Of a DNA stretch of 64,000 nt, positions 35,970-45,563 are shown one piece after another (position 1 is the first letter of the stretch; each line of letters begins with the position of its first letter). Location of the stretch: contig JBBQXJ010000014.1 of NCBI GenBank assembly GCA_038209745.1, positions 1 through 64,000 on the forward strand, read 5' to 3'. The notes beneath the pieces are model-generated. The model made no database searches and was not told the DNA's origin. It saw only the letters and a program-made list of their open reading frames with translations. The DNA comes from Verrucomicrobiota bacterium. GTDB lineage: Bacteria; Verrucomicrobiota; Verrucomicrobiia; Limisphaerales; CANJSG01. The translations under genes were made by a program, and so were the position numbers.

Positions 35970-36980
35970 TTACTGCTGCTGGTTGTGCCTGGGAAGGTTG
36001 GAGTTCTCGCCATCGTCCTCGCTCGGCGTGGGATGATAGATGTAGGCGTCGTAGAGCGCCGCTCCGATGGCGTTGATCTTGGTCTGCATGTCGTCCATGG
36101 CCTGATGGAGCCCCACGGAGACGATGTCGTCAATCGAGCTGTAGACCAGCTCGGCGATCAAGCGCCCGCTGAGCTTCTCGGCCCGGTTGGAGAACCGGGC
36201 CGGCTGCACGCCGGAGATTCGTCGGAGCACCGTGTCGATCTCGTGGACACAGAACTGGACCGACCGTGGAAACGACTCTGAGAGCAGGAGCATGTCGGCC
36301 ACCTTCTCCCGTTCGACGCTTGCGACGTAGATCTGCTGGTAGGCCTGCTTGGCACTGCAACTCCTCAGGACGGAGGTCCATTGCATGGCGTAGATGCTGG
36401 GCTGATCCGGCGTGCCCTTCACGAGATGAAATTCCTCGTCGAGGAAGCGGGAGGTCTTGTCTGCCCGTTCCATCATGATGCCCAGCTGGATAAAATCCCA
36501 GCCGGCCGTGTGGGGCATGGACGTGTCGGTCACGCCATAGAACAGGCAGGCGAACTCGCGGATGCGCTGGAAAAACTCGTAGCAGTTGTCGTCAAAGGTG
36601 CGGCGCGCCTCTTTGCCCAAGGTCCAAAGGTAGACGCGGTTCAGCTCCTCCCACATTTCGGATGAAATCTGTTCGCGGACGGTGCGGGCGTTTTCGCGGG
36701 CAGCGGCGATGCAGGAGAAGATCGAGTTCGAGTTCTTCCGGTCGAACGTCAGGTAGTGGGTGACGGTGGCGGAGTCGGTCTTCTTGGTGGCCTTCTGGAA
36801 CCCCTCTTCGTCGCCGAGCGCGGCCACAATGGGGAACCAGTCTTTTTTCAGCTTTTCCGCCTGGACCAGCGGGATGTCGAGCATGAGCTGGGTGTTGACG
36901 TCGAGCAGGCGCGCGATGTTCTCGGCGCGTTCCACGTGGCGACCCATCCAGATGAGGCAGTCGGCGACTCGGCTAAGCAT
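35970..36980 (-). CDS. Alpha-E domain protein
   Basis: MLSRVADCLIWMGRHVERAENIAR, ARENARTVREQISSEMWE, ERADKTSR and FPRS. Confidence 0.93.
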   Translation of the reverse strand: MLSRVADCLIWMGRHVERAENIARLLDVNTQLMLDIPLVQAEKLKKDWFPIVAALGDEEGFQKATKKTDSATVTHYLTFDRKNSNSIFSCIAAARENARTVREQISSEMWEELNRVYLWTLGKEARRTFDDNCYEFFQRIREFACLFYGVTDTSMPHTAGWDFIQLGIMMERADKTSRFLDEEFHLVKGTPDQPSIYAMQWTSVLRSCSAKQAYQQIYVASVEREKVADMLLLSESFPRSVQFCVHEIDTVLRRISGVQPARFSNRAEKLSGRLIAELVYSSIDDIVSVGLHQAMDDMQTKINAIGAALYDAYIYHPTPSEDDGENSNLPRHNQQQ

Positions 36981-37030
36981 GGCGGCAGATCAGATTGGAG
37001 AATTGATGTCGGTGAGATCGGGGTCGGCGG

Positions 37031-38476
37031 CTATTGGTCGCCTTCCAGAACCCAGGTGTCTTTGCTGCCTCCGCCCTGGGAGGAGTTGACGACGAGGGAT
37101 CCCTTCGTCAACGCCACGCGGGTGAGACCGCCGGGAACAATGGTGACCTTGTCGCCGTAGAGCACGTAGGGCCGGAGATCGACGTGACGGCCCTCGGGTT
37201 TGCCGTCGACGACGCACGGATGGCGAGACAGGCCGAGAGTGGGCTGGGCGATGTAGTTGCGCGGATTGGCCTTGATGAGCTTGCGGAATTTCTCCACCTC
37301 GGCCGTGGACGCGTGCGGCCCGATCAGCATGCCATAGCCGCCGGACTCGTTGGCGGCCTTCACCACGAGCTTGGGCAGGTTGTCCATGATGTATTTCATG
37401 CCCGTCGCCTCGCTGGCGAGATAGGTGGGGACGTTCGGCAGAATCGGGTCTTCTCCGAGGTAGTATTTGATCATCTGCGGCACGAAATAATAGATGACCT
37501 TGTCGTCGGCCACGCCGGTCCCGATGGAGTTGGCGAGGCTGACGTTGCCCTTGCGGTAGGCGTCTACGATGCCCGGGACTCCAAGCTGGGAGTCCTTGCG
37601 GAAGACCTTCGGGTCGAGGAAATCGTCGTCGATACGGCGGTAGATCACGTCCACGTGCTCGAGTCCCTTGGTCGTCTTCATGTAGACGTGGCCGTCGCGC
37701 ACCGTCAGGTCGCTGCCCTCGACGATGTCGATTCCCATCTGCCGTGCCAGGAACGAATGCTCGAAATAGGCGCTGTTGAAGATGCCGGGCGTCAGGACGA
37801 CGACCTTGGGATTCGGGCGGCTGAGGGGGGCGATGTATTTGAGGACGTTGAGCAGCTCCTGGGGATAGCTCGCCACCGGCCGCACCCCATACGACTCGAA
37901 AAGCCCCGGGAAGACCTGCCGGAGCGTCTGCCGGTTCTCCAGCATGTAGGAGACGCCGCTGGGGCAGCGGCCGTTGTCCTCCAGCACGACATATTGACCC
38001 GTTTCGTCGCGGATGAGATCGGTGCCACAAACGTGGATGTAGATGTTCTTGGGGACGTTGAATCCCATGAACTCGGGCCGGAAATGCTTCGCTCCGTCGA
38101 TGAAGGTGCGGGGGACGACGCCGTCCTTCACGATCTTCTGTCCGTGATAGACATCGTGCAGGAAGAGGTTCAGCGCGGTGATGCGCTGGGTAAGACCCCG
38201 TTCGACGTGTTGCCATTCCGAGTTCGGGATGATCCGGGGCACGATGTCGAACGGGAAGATCCGCTCGGTGCCCTGATTGTCGCTGTAGACGGTGAAGGTG
38301 ATTCCCTGGTTGAGGAACGACGCGTCGGCCAGTCGGCGGCGGTTCTCGAGCTCCGCCGGGGTGAGGCGGTTGAAGCGCTCCAGGAGCCGCTGATAGTGGG
38401 GCCGGACCGTGCGATCATTGACGAACATCTCGTCAAAAAACCCATCCAGTTGGTAGTTCGTGAATCCAGGTTTCAT
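37031..38476 (-). CDS. Circularly permuted type-2 ATP-grasp protein
   Basis: [60 protein letters not shown] and [14 protein letters not shown]. Confidence 0.95.
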   Translation of the reverse strand: MKPGFTNYQLDGFFDEMFVNDRTVRPHYQRLLERFNRLTPAELENRRRLADASFLNQGITFTVYSDNQGTERIFPFDIVPRIIPNSEWQHVERGLTQRITALNLFLHDVYHGQKIVKDGVVPRTFIDGAKHFRPEFMGFNVPKNIYIHVCGTDLIRDETGQYVVLEDNGRCPSGVSYMLENRQTLRQVFPGLFESYGVRPVASYPQELLNVLKYIAPLSRPNPKVVVLTPGIFNSAYFEHSFLARQMGIDIVEGSDLTVRDGHVYMKTTKGLEHVDVIYRRIDDDFLDPKVFRKDSQLGVPGIVDAYRKGNVSLANSIGTGVADDKVIYYFVPQMIKYYLGEDPILPNVPTYLASEATGMKYIMDNLPKLVVKAANESGGYGMLIGPHASTAEVEKFRKLIKANPRNYIAQPTLGLSRHPCVVDGKPEGRHVDLRPYVLYGDKVTIVPGGLTRVALTKGSLVVNSSQGGGSKDTWVLEGDQ

Positions 38477-38940
38477 GTTGGCTGACAACGGGGAAACGAG
38501 GCGGGCTTGGGGAAGATCGCGCCGACGCCGCGCAAACCGAGGTTAGGAACCGGACCCCGGGTGGGTCAACGTGTTTCAGGAAATGCCCTGCGGATCCTGT
38601 TGGCTGGAGGGTGGGCCGCGCCGTTGTCGCCGCCGGCAATCCGGTGCGCGCTCCGAGGGGTGACCTCGATGATGTGGGATGCGGGCGGACCAGAGGTTGC
38701 GCGGAAGCAGTCCCTCGATGTCCAAGGCTGGCGCGGACAACACGCTTCCCATGATGACGGCGGCAACATTGGGGAAGAGACCGGAAATCGGGACGAAGCC
38801 GGTGGAACCTTCCGTCAGGATTCGCGGAAGGACTGGCTGCATCTGCGAACCGTGCTTATCACCGCCGGCAGAGGCCACAAAACGAGGCCGCCAGTGGACC
38901 GTTTCGTCGGCTGAAGACACGCGCAAGGCGCCCCCGCTCC

Positions 38941-40857
38941 CTACTTCAAGAGGTGCTCCCGGAAGAAGAGGATCTGCGCTATAAACTGGAAGTCGGCGTT
39001 GGCCTTCTTGGCGAAGCCGTGGCCTTCGTCCTTGGCCATGAGATACCAGACCGTGCCGCCCTGGTGCCGCAGGGCCTTCACCATCTGCTCGGCCTCGGTC
39101 ACGGGCACTCGTGGATCGTTCTTTCCCTGAACCACGAAGAGCGGCTTTTTCAGACGGTCGACGTGGGTGGTGGGGGAGATCTCTTCCAGAAACTTGGCCA
39201 TGTCGGGCTGGCGCTCGTCGCCATATTCCACGCGGCGCAGGTCGCGGCGGTAGTCCTGGGTGTTCTTCAGAAAGGTCAGGAAGTTCGAGATGCCCACGAT
39301 GTCCACGCCGCAGCGGAGCCGGTCGTCGAAGTGGATCATCGAGGCCAGCACCATGTAGCCACCGTAGCTGCCGCCGATGACGGCGATGCGGTCCGGATCG
39401 AAGTCCGTGTTCTTGCGGGCCCAGTCGATGAAGGCACCGATGTCCTTGACCGAGTCTTCGCGCTTGTAGCCGTTGTCCAGGGTCAGGAACGTCTTCCCGT
39501 AGCCGGCGGAGCCGCGGACGTTGGGGACGAGCAGGGCGATGCCGAGCTCGTTCAGGTAGTAGTTGTTCCTGGCTTGAAAGCCGGGCCTGGACTGCGACTC
39601 GGGTCCGCCGTGGATCGCGATCAACAGGGGGCGTTTGCCGGGAAACTTCCCCGCCTCCGGTTGGTAGAGAAAGGCCGAGACCTCGACGTTGTCGAAGCTG
39701 TGGAGCTTGACCAGGGACGGTTCGACAAAGGTGTCGGGGTTCAGACCGCCGGACTCGCTCTCGGTCCAACGGTTCAGCGTGCCGGCTTTGAGACTGTAGG
39801 AGAACACGTCGCTGGGCGACTTGGCCGAGGATAGCGTAAACGCGAGATCCTGGCTGTTCTGGTGGAACTTCAAACCGGTGATCACGCCCATTGGCGTCTT
39901 GGGCGCGGTCCGCTCGTTCCAATTCTTCAGGCTCCGAAGGTGGAGCCGACTGGAGCCGGCTTCGTTCGTCACGAAGGCGATGGTTTCCCCGTCCGCCGAA
40001 AGGTCGAACGCCTCCACGTCCCACGGGATGTCCTTCGTCAACACGGTGGGGCGAAAGGTCGCGAGGTCGATCCGCACGAGTTGCTGGAACTCCGTGCCGC
40101 GGTCGCTCGTGGAATAGACGCTGAGGCCGTCCTTGGCGAAGCGGGCGTCGCCCCAGGCGATCTTGTCGCCGCTGCGCGGGGTGATGAGCGTCTTCTTGCC
40201 GGTCTCCACGTCGGCCAGCCAGAGGTAGCTTTCGTTGATGGAGACGTATTCCTGGACGAGAAGGGTGCGTTCGTCCTTGGACCAATCCGTGACCTGCCAG
40301 CCGCCGCCGGACAGCTCCAGCAGGACCCGATCGGTCGTCGCATCCGCCGGGTTCATCAGGCGGAGGTCGGTGTCGCGGCCGGTGCGTTTCGTGGAGGAAT
40401 ACGCGAGCCATTTGCCGGTGGGGCTGAAGAGCGGACCGGTGTTCCGCGAACCGCCGTCGGTCAGGAGCGTCGTCTGTCCATTGGCCACGTCGTAGCGGTA
40501 GAGCTGGTAGAATTCGCCGCCGCCGGCGTCCTGCTGGTAGAGGATCGAGTTGCCGGGGCCCGGTTGGAACATGGCGCCCTTGACCGGCTCCTGGGAGAAC
40601 GTGATCTGCTTGCGCGCCCCGCCGGGCATCGAGACGAGGTGCAATTGCGGCGTGTCGCCAAAGCGCGTCGTGATCAACACCTCGCGGCGCGTCGGATGCC
40701 AGTCGAGGAATCCGGCCGCACGAAACTCCAGATATCGCCCGACCTCGGCGCGGAGCGGGGCAGTGATCGGGGGAACGCCCTCGACGACGAGGTTCTCTGG
40801 CACTTGGGCAAGAGCGGAAGTGGCGGCGAGCATCACGGCAAGGGCGGCTGTTTTCAT
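38941..40857 (-). CDS. Secreted S9 (prolyl oligopeptidase / acylaminoacyl peptidase) family peptidase
   Basis: Signal peptide, beta-propeller region, HGGPE, GGSYGG (Ser), NDPRV (Asp) and EGHGF (His). Confidence 0.94.
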   Translation of the reverse strand: MKTAALAVMLAATSALAQVPENLVVEGVPPITAPLRAEVGRYLEFRAAGFLDWHPTRREVLITTRFGDTPQLHLVSMPGGARKQITFSQEPVKGAMFQPGPGNSILYQQDAGGGEFYQLYRYDVANGQTTLLTDGGSRNTGPLFSPTGKWLAYSSTKRTGRDTDLRLMNPADATTDRVLLELSGGGWQVTDWSKDERTLLVQEYVSINESYLWLADVETGKKTLITPRSGDKIAWGDARFAKDGLSVYSTSDRGTEFQQLVRIDLATFRPTVLTKDIPWDVEAFDLSADGETIAFVTNEAGSSRLHLRSLKNWNERTAPKTPMGVITGLKFHQNSQDLAFTLSSAKSPSDVFSYSLKAGTLNRWTESESGGLNPDTFVEPSLVKLHSFDNVEVSAFLYQPEAGKFPGKRPLLIAIHGGPESQSRPGFQARNNYYLNELGIALLVPNVRGSAGYGKTFLTLDNGYKREDSVKDIGAFIDWARKNTDFDPDRIAVIGGSYGGYMVLASMIHFDDRLRCGVDIVGISNFLTFLKNTQDYRRDLRRVEYGDERQPDMAKFLEEISPTTHVDRLKKPLFVVQGKNDPRVPVTEAEQMVKALRHQGGTVWYLMAKDEGHGFAKKANADFQFIAQILFFREHLLK

Positions 40858-40941
40858 GGTCCGCCGCGAATGTTTCCGCGACGGGGCGTGGGCGCAAGGC
40901 GAAGGCGGGTATCGATCCCAGTTCCTGGGACTAGACCGCCG

Positions 40942-42165
40942 TCACTGGCCAAAGAGTTTGAAGAAGCCCCGGGAGCGGAACGGGCTGCGGGGATCGAAGG
41001 TGAACTCCGTGGTTTGCCGGACCTGGTCCAGATCGATTTCACAAAGGATCGCGATGTTGTTCGCGCCGCGTTCACCGTTTCGGATGGCGTTGAAGCCGTA
41101 GGCGTAGCTGGCGATTATCCGGAAGCGGCTGGCCGGGGAGTTGTAGGAGATGGCGCCGCCCACGCCGGAATGGAGGTTGCCGGAGCGATCCGTGCTTTCG
41201 AGGTTGTCGACGCCGCCGACCGAGCCGATGACCATGAACCGCCAGATATCGCGGGAATCGAGCGGGAAATCGTAGGTGCCCGATAGGAGCGCGAACTGTC
41301 GGGCGCTGAGTTCCTGGAAGTAGTAGCCGGGGATGCTGAGGGGAAACTCCGAGACCAACGGAAGGAACGCGCCCAGCCGGTAGGCGCTGGACCGGTCGGA
41401 GTGCAGACTGGTGCCGGCGGTGATGGCCGCGCTGAAGCGGTGGCGGCTTTCCGGCAGGGTGTAGGTGAGGGATGCGCGCGACCAGAAGAGGTGGCTGTCG
41501 AGGTTCAGGTCGCGATCGCCGCTGTAGCCATAGCCGCCGCTGCGCGTGCGGAACTGGCCTTCATACCAGGCGGAGATCTCCATCCCGACGCGGGGCGAGA
41601 GGAGCGGTTCGGCTCCGCCCCAGCGGAACCCGGTGCGGATGGAGCCGGTCAAGTGGTCCTCCGGCAGGACGAACGCCGGGTCGGTGCCGTTGCCCCGGCT
41701 GTAGAACGAGTAGTGGACCGAGGCCTCCGCGACGCCGTTGAGCGGAATCTGGGCTCCCGGATTGAAGAGGTGGTAGAGCGAGACCGAGGTGCCGGCTCCG
41801 TGCCCATCATAGGATTCTTCGCGCCACAGCCTGCCCGAGCGGACCTCGTTGTAGCTGTCGGCGAATCCGCCACCGGCCAAGCCGATGCCCAGGTCGGTAT
41901 TCTCGCCGAGCAATCCTTTGAGCCCGAGTTCGCCGTCCATGTAGACCGGCGCGATGGCGAGTCGGAGGGTCTGGTTGGTCGAGGGGAAGTCGGGCGTGTT
42001 CGAGTAGTAGAAGGCGTAGGCGGCGACCGGGCCGCGGCCTTCGAGCGGTTGGTTGTAGCCGATCTGGACGAGGTTCCTCCGGTAGGGATCGATCTGGGCA
42101 TCGGCGGTGAAGGTCCCGATCAGGACCGCCGAGCCCAGCAGAGTTTTGAACCACGCGACGCGCAT
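40942..42165 (-). CDS. Putative outer-membrane beta-barrel protein
   Basis: Signal peptide ending ADA; alternating hydrophobic/aromatic strands (e.g. IIASYAYGF). Family not recognised. Confidence 0.65.
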   Translation of the reverse strand: MRVAWFKTLLGSAVLIGTFTADAQIDPYRRNLVQIGYNQPLEGRGPVAAYAFYYSNTPDFPSTNQTLRLAIAPVYMDGELGLKGLLGENTDLGIGLAGGGFADSYNEVRSGRLWREESYDGHGAGTSVSLYHLFNPGAQIPLNGVAEASVHYSFYSRGNGTDPAFVLPEDHLTGSIRTGFRWGGAEPLLSPRVGMEISAWYEGQFRTRSGGYGYSGDRDLNLDSHLFWSRASLTYTLPESRHRFSAAITAGTSLHSDRSSAYRLGAFLPLVSEFPLSIPGYYFQELSARQFALLSGTYDFPLDSRDIWRFMVIGSVGGVDNLESTDRSGNLHSGVGGAISYNSPASRFRIIASYAYGFNAIRNGERGANNIAILCEIDLDQVRQTTEFTFDPRSPFRSRGFFKLFGQ

Positions 42166-42538
42166 CGCGCGGGAGCATCGGGAGCGGCGGGGGCATCGGG
42201 CAAGCGACAAGTGACCGGTCTTTCGAGACAGCCCGATCGCTTCCAGCGTGAGCATCGGGAATGGAACGAGCCAGGCGGACACCTTGGTCGGAGACGGGGA
42301 CCATCAAACGGGTCCGGCGAAAGCGACCTGGTGGACAACGAGCCGACAACAAAGAGCAACCTGCCGGAAGCGGACGCATCGGGATCCTGCCAAAGCTTTG
42401 CCCAGAAGTGACGGACCGCGGCTCCGCCCCGGGCGCGTTCCGGATGTGGCACGGGGTTTTGCATTCGAGAACGACCGGGGCGGAGCCGGTTCCGACCTTC
42501 GAACACCGACCGAAACGTCCAGAATCAAAGTCAAGCCG

Positions 42539-44776
42539 ATGAGTTCCCGCCTCAGCCTCCGCTCCGATCTATGCTCCGAAAGCCTTGCCGCCTGCACCTT
42601 GCTGGGCGCCGCGCTCCTCTCCGGTTCCGCCCAGGCCCAGACCGCCGCTCCTGCCGATCACCGGTCCGCAGGGGTTGCCACCAACCGGATGGAAACCGTG
42701 GTGGTGACCGGGGATGCGCCAAATCCCTACGTCCCTGAAACGGTTTCTTCTCCGAAGTACACGGCGCCACTGCGCGACATTCCGCAGACCATCACGGTCA
42801 TCCCCAAGGTCATGATCGAGGAGCAGGGCGCCACATCGCTCTCGGAAGTCCTGCGCAACGTCCCCGGCATCAGTCTCCAAGCCGGTGAGGGCGGAACACC
42901 CGCCGGCGATCAGATGACCATCCGCGGCTTCAGCGCGCGCACGGATCTCTACATCGACGGGGTTCGCGATTTTGGAGGGTATTCCCGGGATCCCTTCAAC
43001 TTGGAGCAGGTCGAAGTTGTCAAAGGACCGTCCAGCGCCACGACCGGTCGCGGCTCCACCGGCGGATCGATCAATCTCTCCAGCAAAACGCCGACGGCCA
43101 ATCCGTTCTATCAGGGGTCGATCGGCATCGGAACGGACAACTACAAACGCGCCACACTCGACATCAACCAACCCATCCCCAGCGAGACTGTGCCCGGAAT
43201 GGCGTTTCGGTTGAACGCCCTTTGGCACGAGGCCGACACGCCCGGTCGCGATGTCGCCGATCAATCGCGCTGGGGAATTGCGCCGTCGTTTTCGCTCGGG
43301 CTGGGAACGCCGACCCGGATCACGTTGGCGTATTTCCACCTCGATCAGGACAACACTCCGGACTACGGCCTCCCGTGGGTGCCTTCCGGCCAGACGGACC
43401 CCTATTTGTCGCAGTTTGTGGATCAGGTCGCACCGGTGGACTTCAGCAACTTCTACGGCTTGGAGAACCGTGACTACGAGAAGGTCCAGACCGACTTGCT
43501 CACGGCCACGGTCGAGCACGATTTCAACGATTCGCTGGCGCTTCGGAATCTGACCCGCTACGGAATCAGCGACCGCGATTCGATCATCACCGCGCCGCGC
43601 TTTCAGGACATCGATCCCGTCACGCCCGGCAACCAATACGGCACCGTCATTCGTCGCAGCGACTGGAAGTCGCGCGACCAGACCGACACTGTCTTCGCCA
43701 ATCAGACCGATCTCCGCGCCCACTTCGATTCAGGTCGGTTCAGCCATTCCGTCGTCGGTGGTTTGGAGCTGTCCCGCGAGAACCAGAAGAACTGGTCACG
43801 GATCGAGACAGATCCGGCCTCGTTGCCGACGACCGATGTCTACCACCCCTCACCGGGTGACGCCTACACGGGGTCCATTGCCCGTAATGGCCTGAAGACC
43901 GACACCCGCGTGGATACCGTCGCGCTCTACGTGGGAGACACGGTCGATCTGACCGATCGTTGGCAGATCAGCGGCGGCACCCGCTGGGAGAACTCCGACG
44001 TGGAATACACCGGGACCGACGGCAACACGCTCGGTCGCACCGATTCGCTGCCGACATGGCGCGCCGGACTCGTCTACAAACCGGTCGAACGTGGCTCCAT
44101 CTACTTCGGCTACGGCACCTCCTTCAATCCCTCCTACGAGGGTCTGTCGCTGTCGACCAACGCAACGTCCTCTTCAAATCTGAACACGGATCCGGAGGAA
44201 AGCCGGAGCTTCGAGCTGGGCACGAAATGGGAACTGGTCCAGCGCCGGCTGTTTGTCACGGCGGCGCTTTTCCGGACGGACAAGACCAAGGCCCGCACCG
44301 AGGACCCCACGGACAGCTCGGACGTTCTCGTGCTGGACGGCGGGCAACGGGTTCAGGGCATCGAGCTCGGTGCGGCGGGCCAGATCACCGACGATTGGAG
44401 GGTCAATGTGGCCTACACCTTTCAGGACAGCCAGATCACCAAGTCGAAGGACGTGATGGAAATCGGCCATGAACTGGGCAACACGCCGCACCACTCCGCC
44501 AGCCTGTGGACCACCTATCGTTTGCCCTACGGCATCACCGTCGGTGGCGGACCCCGCTTTGTCGGCAGCCGCTACAGCAGCGTCTCCAACACCCGCCGAG
44601 CCGACAGCTACTGGGTTTGGGACGCGATGGCCGCCTATGAGGTGAACAAGAACATGACGCTCCGGTTGAACGTCTATAACCTGTCCGACTCGGACTACAT
44701 CGGCTCGGTCGGTGGCGGGCATGTCATCCCCGGTCAGGGCCGCTCCGCAACGCTCACGGCCAGCTTCAAGTTCTGA
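42539..44776 (+). CDS. TonB-dependent siderophore receptor (Fiu/PiuA-like)
   Basis: TonB box ETVVVTG; plug PLRDIPQTITV...LRNVPGI...IRGF...EVVKGP...GGSIN; C-terminal LNVYNL...ASFKF. Confidence 0.93.
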   Translation: MSSRLSLRSDLCSESLAACTLLGAALLSGSAQAQTAAPADHRSAGVATNRMETVVVTGDAPNPYVPETVSSPKYTAPLRDIPQTITVIPKVMIEEQGATSLSEVLRNVPGISLQAGEGGTPAGDQMTIRGFSARTDLYIDGVRDFGGYSRDPFNLEQVEVVKGPSSATTGRGSTGGSINLSSKTPTANPFYQGSIGIGTDNYKRATLDINQPIPSETVPGMAFRLNALWHEADTPGRDVADQSRWGIAPSFSLGLGTPTRITLAYFHLDQDNTPDYGLPWVPSGQTDPYLSQFVDQVAPVDFSNFYGLENRDYEKVQTDLLTATVEHDFNDSLALRNLTRYGISDRDSIITAPRFQDIDPVTPGNQYGTVIRRSDWKSRDQTDTVFANQTDLRAHFDSGRFSHSVVGGLELSRENQKNWSRIETDPASLPTTDVYHPSPGDAYTGSIARNGLKTDTRVDTVALYVGDTVDLTDRWQISGGTRWENSDVEYTGTDGNTLGRTDSLPTWRAGLVYKPVERGSIYFGYGTSFNPSYEGLSLSTNATSSSNLNTDPEESRSFELGTKWELVQRRLFVTAALFRTDKTKARTEDPTDSSDVLVLDGGQRVQGIELGAAGQITDDWRVNVAYTFQDSQITKSKDVMEIGHELGNTPHHSASLWTTYRLPYGITVGGGPRFVGSRYSSVSNTRRADSYWVWDAMAAYEVNKNMTLRLNVYNLSDSDYIGSVGGGHVIPGQGRSATLTASFKF

Positions 44777-44885
44777 TCCTGGCATATCTGCAACAACACC
44801 CGAGAAAACCGAATATATCGACCGAAGAGCGCCCCTCTCACCCGAGCCTCGGCCAACCTCTCCGCCCCGTTGATTTAATCCCGCC

Positions 44886-45563
44886 ATGCTGATCGCCATC
44901 CCCAATGTTCTTACGGCCGAGCAGGTCGTCCAAGCACGCCAGACCCTCGGTTCCGCCGAGTGGATCGACGGCCTGGTCACCGCCGGCCATCAGGGAGCGC
45001 GGGTGAAGGACAACCGCCAGATTCCTGCATCGCATCCCGCCGCCCGTCAGGTCGGCGAGATGATCGTGCAGGCTCTGAACCGCAGTCCGCTCTTCATCGC
45101 CGCCGCGTTGCCGTTGCACATCCTTCCCCCGATGTTCAACCGCTACAGCGGCGGTCAGACCTTCGGCACACATGTCGATGGCTCGATCCGCAGCCTGCCC
45201 AACGGCCAACGCATCCGCACCGACCTGTCGGCCACGTTGTTCCTCGCGGATCCCGACGAATACGACGGTGGCGAACTGGTCGTCGAAGACACTTATGGCG
45301 CCAAGAGCGTGAAGCTGCCGGTCGGCCAGATGATTCTCTATCCTTCCACCAGCCTGCACCGCGTCACGCCCGTGACACGAGGGACGCGACTCTGCTCGTT
45401 CTTCTGGATCCAGAGCATGATCCGCGACGATGGCCAACGGTCGCTGCTCTTCGACTTGGATGTTGGCCTCCAGCGGCTCAGCGCCGAGATTCCCGCGCAT
45501 CCAGGCGTCGTCCAGATCACCGGCGTCTACCACAACCTCCTCCGGCAATGGGCCGAAATGTAA
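44886..45563 (+). CDS. piuC: PKHD-type Fe(II)/2-oxoglutarate dioxygenase (PiuC/YbiX)
   Basis: [35 protein letters not shown] and [10 protein letters not shown]. Confidence 0.93.
   Translation: MLIAIPNVLTAEQVVQARQTLGSAEWIDGLVTAGHQGARVKDNRQIPASHPAARQVGEMIVQALNRSPLFIAAALPLHILPPMFNRYSGGQTFGTHVDGSIRSLPNGQRIRTDLSATLFLADPDEYDGGELVVEDTYGAKSVKLPVGQMILYPSTSLHRVTPVTRGTRLCSFFWIQSMIRDDGQRSLLFDLDVGLQRLSAEIPAHPGVVQITGVYHNLLRQWAEM

Noticed and set aside
38490..38940. Possible small precursor-peptide gene for the ATP-grasp operon
   Set aside because: No short ORF with a convincing start or coding-like composition; cannot be excluded without Ribo-seq.
38576..40897. 773-aa alternative-frame ORF overlapping the S9 peptidase, representative of many long shadow ORFs (e.g. 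15135..17000, 16618..18516, 18560..20650, 50779..52821)
   Set aside because: They are Arg/Pro/Gly-rich or antisense to genes with clear motifs, as expected in high-GC DNA.
42447..42463. Sigma-54-like TGGCAC...TTGCA upstream of the TonB-dependent receptor
   Set aside because: GG-to-GC spacing is 11 nt rather than the strictly required 10.
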